From: a virus
Taxonomy: Duplodnaviria > Heunggongvirae > Uroviricota > Caudoviricetes
IMG/VR virus record: IMGVR_UViG_2645727901_000004
DNA length: 12,268 bases
Direction: 5' to 3' (one strand)
Below the pieces are notes generated by a model. The model had not been told where the DNA came from and ran no database searches. It saw only the letters and a list, made by a program, of their open reading frames with translations. The first letter of the stretch is position 1; every line of letters starts with the position of its first letter. The translations under genes were made by a program, and so were the position numbers. This document shows, piece by piece, positions 1 through 11,030 of this stretch.

Positions 1-96
1 CGGGGAGGAAGGAAACTACCGGATGGAAAGAGTCCCCCTAAAGCAGACTGACAGACATCACAAATCCCCGGGTGGGGATTTGTGTATAAGAGACAG
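1..96. mobile_element. Partial insertion-element/transposon end (extends beyond window start). Minus-strand reading from 96 is CTGTCTCTTATACACA, matching the first 16 nt of the Tn5/IS50 mosaic end, followed by a perfect 9-bp-stem palindrome (61..82).
   Basis: Plus strand 81..96 TGTGTATAAGAGACAG is the reverse complement of the Tn5 mosaic-end core, with 17/19 identity over the full 19-bp end. Lambda-like H coding sequence ends exactly at this boundary. The palindrome at 61..82 is CAAATCCCC-GGGT-GGGGATTTG and contains CCCGGG. Only one end is visible, so the element type and size are unknown. Confidence 0.45.
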
Positions 97-431
97 CTGA
101 GCATGGGGATCATCCCGCCGAAGGAGTCCTTCACCTGACCACCCTGTTGCAGCAGGATCAGCCACGGACTTTGCCCGCCTGCAAGCTGCGTGACCACGTC
201 GGTGAACTGCGCAGGCAGCATACGCATGGCAGCTTTATACTGCCCGACGGAAATCCCCGCTTTCTGTGCAGCCAGTGCCTGTCGGCTCAGCGACTGTTCA
301 ACGACTGCCGCTGTTTTTTTCGCATCACTTTCCGTACCGGAAAAATGACGCCTGACTCTGGCCATCTGCTCGTCAAATCTGGCCGCATCCAGACTTAAAT
401 CAACGACCAGATCGCCTACCGGTTCAGCCAT
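97..431 (-). CDS. H: Tail tape measure protein gpH, N-terminal ~110 codons. Lambda-like sequence stops at 97; the frame stays open through the adjacent IR-like sequence to the window edge but encodes an atypical Cys/Pro/Gly-rich peptide.
   Basis: ATG at 431..429 overlaps the T stop by 8 nt. Manual translation gives MAEPVGDLVVDLSLDAARFDEQMARVRRHFSGTESDAKKTAAVVEQSLSRQALAAQKAGISVGQYKAAMRMLPAQFTDVVTQLAGGQSPWLILLQQGGQVKDSFGGMIPM, which matches lambda gpH as I remember it. After codon 110 it reads LSCLLYTNPHPGICDVCQSALGG... Confidence 0.75.
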
Positions 432-864
432 ACCGGATTCCTCCTGCGATCCCTTCTGATACTGTCATCAGCATTACGTCATCCTCCGTCATGTCCGCCA
501 CATCCGGGGAAACGGGGATAACTTCATTCCCGTCCGGGCCAAAACGAACGCCTCCGGCAAGCCCTGCCGCTTTCTGCATCAGCACATCATCTTCAGGCTC
601 TTCGTCAGCCTCACGCCGGTTCAGCAGACTGAAATCCAGCGGATGCATATCCGGATCGCTGAAAAACAGGCTGAGCACGGTGTACGTCAGCCCGGAAAAG
701 TGCATATCCAGCAGAACATCATGAAAATAATGGGTACTGTAAAAGCGGTGCCAGTCGGCATACTCCGTGGATGACATCCCGGCAAGCATGGCACGCCAGT
801 CGGGTCGCCCCATCTCGCGCGCCAGTTTCAGGGCAAAACTCAGCTCACCGTCGAACACTTTCCC
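424..864 (-). CDS. T: T segment of the tail assembly chaperone gpGT, expressed as a G-T fusion by -1 programmed ribosomal frameshift at the end of G
   Basis: ORF track 424..858 (144 aa, VFDGELSFALKLAREMGRPDWRAMLAG...). It has no independent ATG; the track's first residue is a GTG codon in the -1 frame immediately after the slippery heptamer. Position and length as in lambda. Confidence 0.85.
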   Translation of the reverse strand, partial: GKVFDGELSFALKLAREMGRPDWRAMLAGMSSTEYADWHRFYSTHYFHDVLLDMHFSGLTYTVLSLFFSDPDMHPLDFSLLNRREADEEPEDDVLMQKAAGLAGGVRFGPDGNEVIPVSPDVADMTEDDVMLMTVSEGIAGGIRYG

Positions 865-1262
865 GCAGAAACAGGCTCTGCAGGCCCGGCGTCCTCTGCC
901 TGTTCAGGGGCATCATTCACCACAAACTCATACATACCGGACAGCCGGTACACCACGTTTTCAGCATGAGAAATTGCCTCCGCGGGCCAGGTGGTAAGCA
1001 CTTCCTGCTCAATCTGTTTAACGGCTTCATTCATGGACGGCATCTGCGTCTTCTTCGGATGGTTATGCCACAGGGACATCGCCACCACAAAAGCGCCGGT
1101 TCTGATGGCGTCTTCCACAGTAAACTTCCGGTTGCTGTCTGACTCCGCCTGTTCTGCCTGCCGTTTCATCAGGGCGAGATGCTCAATACGCTGCAGGGCT
1201 GACAGTTCAGAAAGCGTGACGGTCACGCCGTTATGTTCAAATGATTCGGTTTTCAGGAACAT
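840..1262 (-). CDS. G: Tail assembly chaperone gpG (140 aa)
   Basis: ORF track 840..1262 with ATG at 1262..1260. Protein MFLKTESFEHNGVTVTLSELSALQRIEHLALMKRQ...SAGKCSTVS matches lambda gpG in length and sequence from memory. Start lies 15 nt downstream of the V stop. Confidence 0.9.
   Translation of the reverse strand: MFLKTESFEHNGVTVTLSELSALQRIEHLALMKRQAEQAESDSNRKFTVEDAIRTGAFVVAMSLWHNHPKKTQMPSMNEAVKQIEQEVLTTWPAEAISHAENVVYRLSGMYEFVVNDAPEQAEDAGPAEPVSAGKCSTVS
858..864 (-). promoter_or_regulatory. -1 programmed ribosomal frameshift slippery heptamer G GGA AAG (plus strand CTTTCCC) at the 3' end of G
   Basis: Manual codon alignment: in the G frame the codons are GCG GGA AAG TGT TCG ACG GTG AGC TGA. 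Shifting -1 on GGGAAAG continues as GTG TTC GAC GGT GAG CTG, i.e. VFDGEL, the start of the T ORF. Confidence 0.85.
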
Positions 1263-1277
1263 CGCTGATTCTCCGGA

Positions 1278-2018
1278 TTAACTGGCGGTGACGTTGATTT
1301 CTGCAACCGCAGCAAACTCACCATTACCGGATACGACCGGAATGTTGACCTTGCCTGCAGCAACACCTTTCACGGTGATGGTCATACCACTGACCGACAC
1401 GGTGGCTTTTGTTTTATCCGCAGACACCGCACGGAAGCTCTTGTCGGTTGCGCCTTCCGGCTGGAATGCCACGGTCAGCGTCGTGCTCTGCCCTTTCACC
1501 ACCGAGGTGCTGGCAGGCGTCACGGTCATGCCGGTTGCCGCTGTTACCGTGCTGCGATCTTCTGCCATCGACGGACGTCCCACGTTGGTGACTTTCACCG
1601 TGCGGGTGATCACTTCCTTCGCCGTCACCGCCTTACCGATACTGCTGACCCAGCCGCGGAACACATCGACCGTGCCGTTCGGGAAGCGGATTTTATAGGC
1701 ACGGGTATCACCTTCATTAAACCACGCCAGCAGCGCCTGCTGCCCCTGCTCTCCGGGCATCCACGCCAGCGTGAAGCTGGTATCTCCAGCGGATTTCTGC
1801 CCCTGTCCGGTCGCGGCCCAGTCCGCATCTTCATCATCGAGATAACTGTCGTCATAGGACTCAGCGGTCAGTTCTCCGGGCGTCAGGTCTTTAACCTTTG
1901 CCAGACGCGACCAGTCATTGTCTGAAAGCGGGTTTGCATATGGGTCGCCGTTCCCGTTATAAACCCACAGTGTGGTCCCGGCCCCTTTCACCGGTGCCAG
2001 AGGATTTGGTGTTGGCAT
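1278..2018 (-). CDS. V: Major tail tube protein gpV (246 aa) with C-terminal Ig-like domain
   Basis: ORF track 1278..2048. The likely true start is the ATG at 2018..2016 ([20 protein letters not shown]...), giving 741 nt as for lambda V. The upstream in-frame extension is probably not translated. Ends ...[16 protein letters not shown]. Confidence 0.9.
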   Translation of the reverse strand: MPTPNPLAPVKGAGTTLWVYNGNGDPYANPLSDNDWSRLAKVKDLTPGELTAESYDDSYLDDEDADWAATGQGQKSAGDTSFTLAWMPGEQGQQALLAWFNEGDTRAYKIRFPNGTVDVFRGWVSSIGKAVTAKEVITRTVKVTNVGRPSMAEDRSTVTAATGMTVTPASTSVVKGQSTTLTVAFQPEGATDKSFRAVSADKTKATVSVSGMTITVKGVAAGKVNIPVVSGNGEFAAVAEINVTAS

Positions 2019-2025
2019 ATCGTCC

Positions 2026-2421
2026 TCACATTTCATAGGTAATGACATAAGTCAGATCGGCTGAACTCCACAGGCCCGCATCATCGTCGCGCCTGTAGTC
2101 ATAGCCACTGGCCACCATACTGGTGATCAAATCTGACAGTGCCGGGATATCGCTCATCACCGGATAAATCCGGGACTCCATCCACGCATCCAGCTCTGAA
2201 TCCGGCACCTGAGCAGGCAGGAAAACTTCGATATGCAGCTCCGCCTGCCAGGTATCGCTGTCCAGCTCTTCGCCCGTGTATTCAGCGCCGGTGAGATAAA
2301 CGGCAACTGCCGGAAAATCCGCCTCATCAAAAACAGCGGGGCGACCATCAAAAAACGTCGCCCCGGTGTCATGCTTCTCCAGTGCATCCAGTACGGCTGC
2401 ACGGAGTTCAGTATGTTTCAT
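2026..2421 (-). CDS. U: Tail terminator protein gpU (131 aa)
   Basis: ORF track 2026..2421, [54 protein letters not shown]..., matching lambda gpU from memory. ATGA start/stop overlap with Z. Confidence 0.9.
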   Translation of the reverse strand: MKHTELRAAVLDALEKHDTGATFFDGRPAVFDEADFPAVAVYLTGAEYTGEELDSDTWQAELHIEVFLPAQVPDSELDAWMESRIYPVMSDIPALSDLITSMVASGYDYRRDDDAGLWSSADLTYVITYEM

Positions 2422-2996
2422 CGCTTTATTACCATCCTCAGTTGATGCTGCAGCGCATAGCCCAGCTCTTTCGGAAGACGTTCACGCCGTATCCGCTCAA
2501 TATTTTGTTTAAACGCCGTGGTCAGCGGCACCGCCATCGGGATTTTCACTACATCAATGGGGTAACGGTTTTTCCCGGCCACACGCTGCATGACATGCCA
2601 CCGGCCATTTTTCAGTTGCTGAATAAACGCGCCGGGAATACGACGGTTACCCACCACAAGCACGCTGCCGCCACCTTTCAGGGATGAACGCTGCCCCTTT
2701 TTACGACGCCTGCGTCGGGACAGGACAATCCGCGCGTTACCCAGCTTTATTACGGGCAAATCCCCCCGGTTAACCTTGATTCTGGCCTGCGGATTTTTGA
2801 CCGTGGCCCTTTCCAGCCTGGCCCTTTCCTTTACCAGTTTCCGGCGTACCTTTGTCTCACGGGCAACCTGTGACGCCGACTGCGATATCGCGGATGAAGC
2901 AACGCGGTTAATAGCCATTGCGGCGGCACCGGGCACCGCCGTTCTGCTGATACGGCTGAGGTTTTCAACGGCCTGCTCAAGACCTTTTATGGCCAT
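2418..2996 (-). CDS. Z: Tail completion protein gpZ (192 aa)
   Basis: ORF track 2418..2996, MAIKGLEQAVENLSRISRTAVPGAAAMAINRVASSAISQSASQVARE..., with an arginine/lysine-rich stretch RRRRRKKGQR. Same length as lambda gpZ. Confidence 0.9.
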   Translation of the reverse strand: MAIKGLEQAVENLSRISRTAVPGAAAMAINRVASSAISQSASQVARETKVRRKLVKERARLERATVKNPQARIKVNRGDLPVIKLGNARIVLSRRRRRKKGQRSSLKGGGSVLVVGNRRIPGAFIQQLKNGRWHVMQRVAGKNRYPIDVVKIPMAVPLTTAFKQNIERIRRERLPKELGYALQHQLRMVIKR

Positions 2997-3007
2997 ACAT
3001 CCCCCTT

Positions 3008-3361
3008 TCAGCGGCGACGGTTAACGGCAGGCGGTACGCCCCGCCCAAGCCAGAGATGACAGCTTCCGCCATCATCCGGCGAAATCCGGTCTATCCAGAA
3101 GTTTTCCTCACCGATGGTCAGCGTGTCGCCGCGCCGCAGCTGCCGCACATCATCAGTCCGGACAAACAGGGACGGGCTGGAGCCTTCAACGCGCACGCCC
3201 TGTCCGGCATAGCTGATATTTTCAGGGTCATCAAAAACACCACGTATTACTGCGCCGGACTGCTCACCGGATGTCATGGTGGCTGACGTTCCCATGTACC
3301 CGCGTATCGTTTCATCGGCGCGGGCAATGGCAGCATCGAACAGGTTATCGAAATCAGCCAC
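3008..3361 (-). CDS. FII: Head-tail joining protein gpFII (117 aa), GTG start
   Basis: ORF track 3008..3361, MADFDNLFDAAIARADETIRGYMGTSATMTSGEQSGAVIRG... The start codon read from the sequence is GTG (plus strand CAC at 3359..3361). Starts 11 nt after the FI stop, as in lambda. Confidence 0.9.
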   Translation of the reverse strand: MADFDNLFDAAIARADETIRGYMGTSATMTSGEQSGAVIRGVFDDPENISYAGQGVRVEGSSPSLFVRTDDVRQLRRGDTLTIGEENFWIDRISPDDGGSCHLWLGRGVPPAVNRRR

Positions 3362-3372
3362 AGCGCCTCCCG

Positions 3373-3771
3373 TTATTGCATTCTGGCCAGGCCACGTTCT
3401 GTCATTTCGGCTGCCACACCGGCAGAGACACGAAACGCCGTTCCCGGCAGCACAAATGCCACAGGTTCATCCCGCGTGGCGTGAAGTGCATCAGTATGCA
3501 GCTTCACCAGTGCCACGACCGTGACCAGTTCAGACGTATCCAGAATCACGGTATCCGGCTGCGCTGATCCCACCTCATTTTCATGTCCGGTCAGCACATT
3601 TTCCCGGCTGAGAGGGGTGTCCTGACCGGCAGTTTCATCCGTGTCATCAAGCTCCTCTTCCAGCTCTGCCACACGGAGCGCCAGTTCTTCTTTCGTCCCC
3701 GTCAGGCTGACATCACGGTTCAGTTGTTCACCCAGCGAGCGGAGACGGGCAATCAGTTCATCTTTCGTCAT
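3373..3771 (-). CDS. FI: DNA-packaging/head assembly accessory protein gpFI (132 aa)
   Basis: ORF track 3373..3810. Likely true start is the ATG at 3771..3769 (MTKDELIARLRSLGEQLNRDVSLTGTKEELALRVAELEEELDD...), preceded by GGAGGAG. The 41-nt gap after the E stop equals lambda's. Confidence 0.85.
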   Translation of the reverse strand: MTKDELIARLRSLGEQLNRDVSLTGTKEELALRVAELEEELDDTDETAGQDTPLSRENVLTGHENEVGSAQPDTVILDTSELVTVVALVKLHTDALHATRDEPVAFVLPGTAFRVSAGVAAEMTERGLARMQ

Positions 3772-3792
3772 GGACTCCTCCACAGAGAAACA

Positions 3793-3810
3793 ATGGCCCC
3801 GAAGGGCCAT
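3793..3810 (-). other. Intergenic RNA stem-loop between E and FI: 7-bp stem with a C(UUCG)G tetraloop on the sense (minus) strand
   Basis: Plus strand ATGGCCC-CGAA-GGGCCAT at 3793..3810; sense strand is AUGGCCC-UUCG-GGGCCAU. It sits 2 nt downstream of the E stop codon and immediately upstream of the FI ribosome-binding site. Confidence 0.4.
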
Positions 3811-3812
3811 GA

Positions 3813-4838
3813 TTACGCCAGTTGTACGGACACGAACTCATCAGGGTCAGCCAGCAGCATCAGCGGTGCTGACTGAATCATGGTGAACTCACGCGCCGGA
3901 TCGCCGGTGGTCACCCAGTTTTTCGGGTAACGGGCAGAGGCGTTAATGCCTTCGCGCTGTGCGTCCGCATCCTGAATGCAGCCATAGGTGCGCAGACCGC
4001 GTGCCTGAGTGTTCCCCAGCACCATCGTGTTGTCCGGCAGGAAGTTCTTTTTGACGCCGTTTTCCACGTACTGTCCGGAATACACGACGATGGCCACATC
4101 GCCATACATCCCCTTATAGGACACCGCTTTGCCCAGGTCTTTCACCGCTGTCTCCAGCTCGGAATTAGAGCCACGACGGGTATCCAGCTTCTCCCTGACG
4201 GCTTTGAAGGAACGGAACAGCGCCCAGCCTTTCGGATCGAACACGATGATATTCACCACGCCGCTGGCGTTCAGCGCGTAGGCTTCGATATCGTCGGTCG
4301 GGTCATACGTGGACTTGTCACGCTTGCTCCACTCCGTGCCGCCGGACTGCGTGATGTTATTCTCCTCACTGCGGCCCATATCCACCTCAACCGGATCGAA
4401 GGCTTCACCGGTCATGGTGTATTTGCCCTTAAGCACGGCAGAAACTGCCTGCATCTCTTCGACCTGAGCAATGGCCAGCTCTTCGTCACGCATGTTCTGC
4501 ATGATGATGCGACGGCGGCGGTAAGCCGGGTCCGCCAGATTCTGCGGATCTTCATCCGGCAGGCGACGCAGGGTCATTTGCGGATTCACTTCATGCTTCG
4601 GCTTGACATATCCCGGCGTAAATTCAGAGGTGGAGCCGCCACGGGAACGGATAACCTCACCGGAAACAATCGGCGAAACGTACAGCGCCATGTTTACCAG
4701 TCCCGGAATTTGTGAGAGATAGACTTTCTCCGTGGTGAAGGGATAGCTCTCACGGAAAAAGAGATGCAGAAACAGCGGATCAAACTTAAATTTCTGCTCA
4801 TTTGCCGCCAGCAGCTGGGCGGTTGTGTACATCGACAT
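3813..4838 (-). CDS. E: Major capsid protein gpE (341 aa, HK97-fold)
   Basis: ORF track 3813..4865. Likely true start is the ATG at 4838..4836 (MSMYTTAQLLAANEQKFKFDPLFLHLFFRESYPFTTEKVYLSQIPGLVNMALYVSP...). The 55-nt gap from the D stop equals lambda's. Confidence 0.92.
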   Translation of the reverse strand: MSMYTTAQLLAANEQKFKFDPLFLHLFFRESYPFTTEKVYLSQIPGLVNMALYVSPIVSGEVIRSRGGSTSEFTPGYVKPKHEVNPQMTLRRLPDEDPQNLADPAYRRRRIIMQNMRDEELAIAQVEEMQAVSAVLKGKYTMTGEAFDPVEVDMGRSEENNITQSGGTEWSKRDKSTYDPTDDIEAYALNASGVVNIIVFDPKGWALFRSFKAVREKLDTRRGSNSELETAVKDLGKAVSYKGMYGDVAIVVYSGQYVENGVKKNFLPDNTMVLGNTQARGLRTYGCIQDADAQREGINASARYPKNWVTTGDPAREFTMIQSAPLMLLADPDEFVSVQLA

Positions 4839-4851
4839 AAAAAAATCCCGT

Positions 4852-4872
4852 AAAAAAAGCCGCACAGGCGGC
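4852..4872 (-). terminator. Terminator-like hairpin plus U-run in the D-E intergenic region (sense strand GCCGC-CUGU-GCGGC followed by UUUUUUU)
   Basis: Plus strand 4859..4872 GCCGCACAGGCGGC, flanked by A7 at 4852..4858 (U7 on the sense strand). A second U7 run at 4839..4845 directly precedes the E start. The stem is only 5 bp, so this is a weak or partial terminator at best. Confidence 0.35.
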
Positions 4873-4893
4873 CTTTAGTGATGAAGGGTAAGG

Positions 4894-5226
4894 TTAAACG
4901 ATGCTGATTGCCGTTCCGGCAAACGCGGTCCGTTTTTTCGTCTCATCGCTGGCAGCCTCCGGCCAGAGCACATCCTCATAACGGAACGTGCCGGACTTGT
5001 AGAACGTCAGCGTGGTGCTGGTCTGGTCAGCATCAACCGCCAGAATGCCAACGGCAGCACCGTCGGTGGTGCCATCCCACGCAACCAGCTTACGGGTGGA
5101 GGTGTCCAGCATCAGCGGGGTCATTGCAGGCGCTTTCGCACTCAATCCGCCGGGCGCGGTTGCGGTATGAGCCGGGTCACTGTTGCCCAGCGGCTGGTAA
5201 TGGGTAAAGGTTTCTTTGCTCGTCAT
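4894..5226 (-). CDS. D: Head decoration protein gpD (110 aa)
   Basis: ORF track 4894..5232 ([45 protein letters not shown]...). Lambda gpD begins MTSKETF, so the second ATG (5226..5224) is the likely start, 9 nt after the C/Nu3 stop as in lambda. Confidence 0.9.
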   Translation of the reverse strand: MTSKETFTHYQPLGNSDPAHTATAPGGLSAKAPAMTPLMLDTSTRKLVAWDGTTDGAAVGILAVDADQTSTTLTFYKSGTFRYEDVLWPEAASDETKKRTAFAGTAISIV

Positions 5227-5235
5227 AAACATCCC

Positions 5236-5841
5236 TTACACTGGTGTGTTCAGCAAATCGTTAACGGCATCAGATGCCGGGTTACCTGCAGCCAGCGGTG
5301 CCGGTGCCCCCTGCATCAGACGATCCAGCGCAGTGTCACTGCGCGCCTGTGCACTCTGTGGTGCTGCGGCCAGAATGCGGCGGGCCGTTTCCACGGTCAT
5401 TCCGGGGGTTTCTGCCAGCACGCGTGCCTGTTCTTCGCGTCCGTGAGCCTCCTCACAGTTGAGGATCCCCATAATGCGGCTGTTTTCTGCCGCAACCGCT
5501 GCGGTGATCTGCGCGTTCACGTCCGGCTGCGCCGCGCTGGCGTTTTCGCCCTCCGTCGCTGACACCACGTCAGTAACATCAGCCTGCGAAGCAGTGGCTG
5601 AAACAGTTGTTGATTGAGTCTCTTTGGTCATTCGCCCTCCTGAGAGACGGGGTTTACGTGCATCCAGTGCATCACGCATGACGGTGATCGCATCGGTGCT
5701 GTTAACAAGTTCATCAGCCAGTCCGGCATCAATGGCCTCCTGACCGCTGTACACTGCAGCCTCTGTATCCAGCACAGCCTGCACGGACAGGCCGGTATAT
5801 GCCGACACCTTCTGCGCAAACATCTGGCGGGTTGCATCCAT
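5236..5841 (-). CDS. nu3: Scaffolding protein gpNu3, translated from an internal in-frame ATG within C (201 codons, same stop as C)
   Basis: In-frame ATG at 5841..5839 (MDATRQMFAQKVSAYTGLSVQ...) is 606 nt from the shared stop, the same geometry as lambda Nu3 inside C. This rests on recalled lambda coordinates. Confidence 0.7.
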   Translation of the reverse strand: MDATRQMFAQKVSAYTGLSVQAVLDTEAAVYSGQEAIDAGLADELVNSTDAITVMRDALDARKPRLSGGRMTKETQSTTVSATASQADVTDVVSATEGENASAAQPDVNAQITAAVAAENSRIMGILNCEEAHGREEQARVLAETPGMTVETARRILAAAPQSAQARSDTALDRLMQGAPAPLAAGNPASDAVNDLLNTPV

Positions 5842-6535
5842 CCGGGACTGCAGTGTCTCCCGGACGTCATCCGGAAGATGGCTGTAGGGATTGCCATCCA
5901 CCTTATGGCTGCCGCTGTAAATCAGCGTGATTTCCACGCCCTGTTTCTCCAGCGCAGCACCGTAATTACTGTGAGCCATCATGACGCCGATGGAGCCTGT
6001 CCGGGCGGTCTGCGTGACCAGACGCCGGGAGGCGGCACTGGCAAGCAGCTGACCTGCACTGCAGTTCATGTCGTTGGCCAGCGCCCATACCGGTTTTATG
6101 TCACGCACACGGGCGATGATGTCAGCGCAGTCAAATGCCCCCGCCACCATCCCGCCGGGCGTGTCCATATCGAGCAGAATGCCGTCCACCATCGGATCGC
6201 TGGCAGCCTGTTGCAGACGGGCGATAATGCCGTTGTAACCGGTCATCCCCGAATACGGCTGCAGCGCCCGCGTCCGGCTGACCAGCGTGCCGGACACCGG
6301 CAGCACGGCGATGCCGTTCATGACCTGATAACTGCGGGCCTGTCGTGGTCCGTCATCATCACCGGATAACGCCAGCGTCGCGGGTGCCTCTCCGGCAGCC
6401 AGGCTGTCACCGGACACCGCATCTGTCAGGCGGCTGATCCCAAGCTGGCCTGCAAGCGCACAAAAGAAAACCCGCGCATAGGCGGGTTCAAGCATCAGCG
6501 GCTCATTAAAGGCCATGCTGGCAATATGCGGGAGA

Positions 6536-6555
<20 letters not shown>
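5236..6555 (-). CDS. C: Capsid assembly protease gpC (439 aa), GTG start overlapping the 3' end of B by 20 nt
   Basis: ORF track 5236..6690 has an N-terminal extension. The lambda-like N-terminus (V/M)TAELRNLPHIASMAFNEPLMLEPAYARVFFCALAGQLGIS begins at a GTG (plus strand CAC at 6553..6555), giving the same 1320-nt length as lambda C. Protease-like core ...DTPGGMVAGAFDCADIIARVRDIKPVWALANDMNCSAGQLLASAAS. Confidence 0.85.
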
Positions 6556-10236
<3,681 letters not shown>

Positions 10237-10262
<26 letters not shown>

Positions 10263-10782
10263 TCAGCAACCCCGGTATCAGTTCATCCAGCGCGGCTGCT
10301 TTGTTCATGGCTTTGATGATATCCCGTTTCAGGAAATCAACATGTCGGTTTTCCAGTTCCGGAAAACGCCGCTGCACCGACAGGGGGATCCCGTCGAGAA
10401 TACTGGCAATTTCACCTGCGATCCGCGACAGCACGAAAGTACAGAATGCGGTTTCCACCACTTCAGCGGAGTCTCTGGCATTTTTCAGCTCCTGTGCGTC
10501 GGCCTGCGCACGCGTAAGTCGATGGCGTTCGTACTCAATAGTCCCTGGCTGGAGATCTGTCTCGCTAGCCTGCCGCAGTTCTTCAACTTCCCGGCGTAGC
10601 TTTTCGTTCTCAATTTCAGCATCCCTTTCGGCATACCATTTTATGACGGCGGCAGAGTCATAAAGCACCTCATTACCCTTGCCACCGCCTCGCAGAACGG
10701 GCATTCCCTGTTCCTGCCAGTTCTGAATGGTACGGATACTCGCACCGAAAATGTCAGCCAGCTGCTTTTTGTTGACTTCCAT
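10237..10782 (-). CDS. nu1: Terminase small subunit gpNu1 (181 aa; N-terminal winged helix-turn-helix cosB-binding domain)
   Basis: ORF track 10237..10782, MEVNKKQLADIFGASIRTIQNWQEQGMPVLRGGGKGNEVLYDSAAVIKWYAERD..., same length as lambda gpNu1. ATG at 10782..10780, about 189 nt from the cohesive-end sequence. Confidence 0.92.
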
Positions 10783-10799
10783 TGTTCATTCCACGGACA

Positions 10800-11030
10800 A
10801 AAACAGAGAAAGGAAACGACAGAGGCCAAAAAGCTCGCTTTCAGCACCTGTCGTTTCCTTTCTTTTCAGAGGGTATTTTAAATAAAAACATTAAGTTATG
10901 ACGAAGAAGAACGGAAACGCCTTAAACCGGAAAATTTTCATAAATAGCGAAAACCCGCGAGGTCGCCGCCCCGTAACGGCCCGGATCGCCGGAAAGGACC
11001 CGCAAAATGATAATGGTTATCATTTCAATG
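10800..11030 (-). other. cos: cos packaging site: cosB (Nu1-binding R sites and A/T-rich IHF-like site), cosN (12-nt cohesive-end sequence, plus strand AGGTCGCCGCCC at 10960..10971), and cosQ-side palindrome ATGATAA-TGG-TTATCAT at 11007..11023
   Basis: Sense strand reads ...GTTACGGGGCGGCGACCTCGCGGGTTTTCGCTATTTATGAAAATTTTCCGGTTTAAGGCGTTTCCGTTCTTCTTCGTCATAACTTAATGTTTTT..., which matches the joined lambda right and left ends from memory. It lies immediately upstream of nu1. Confidence 0.85.
10809..10920. repeat. cosB R-site repeats (Nu1 binding): GGAAACGACAG at 10811..10821 and CTGTCGTTTCC at 10848..10858 in inverted orientation, plus a third GGAAACG copy at 10912..10918; A/T-rich putative IHF site between (about 10873..10905)
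   Basis: Direct reading of the GTTTCC/GGAAAC-containing elements. Arrangement corresponds to lambda R1, R2, I1 and R3 as recalled. Confidence 0.6.

Noticed and set aside
78-96. Nextera/Tn5 library adapter contamination as the explanation for the mosaic-end match
   Set aside because: The sequence beyond the 16-nt core does not match either Nextera adapter continuation as I remember them, and the H reading frame junction is clean. Not fully excluded; read-level inspection would settle it.
1-431. Intact but divergent tape measure gene (mosaic junction rather than insertion)
   Set aside because: The post-junction peptide is Cys/Pro/Gly-rich and unlike the Ala/Gln-rich helical tape measures, and the junction coincides exactly with a transposon-end-like inverted repeat. 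Kept as a minority alternative.
491-724. 77-aa Ser-rich plus-strand ORF antisense to T
   Set aside because: Antisense to the T segment; low-complexity composition typical of an out-of-frame reading.
4839-4865. N-terminal extensions in the ORF track for E (to 4865), V (to 2048), FI (to 3810), D (to 5232) and C (to 6690)
   Set aside because: The recalled lambda N-termini begin at internal start codons that reproduce lambda gene lengths and intergenic spacing. The extensions probably arise from upstream in-frame alternative start codons or sequence without stops.
5878-6369. 163-aa plus-strand ORF antisense to C/Nu3
   Set aside because: Same reasoning: an antisense ORF within a conserved protease/scaffold gene. 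The composition (Gly/Ala/His/Arg-rich) looks like a GC-driven artifact.
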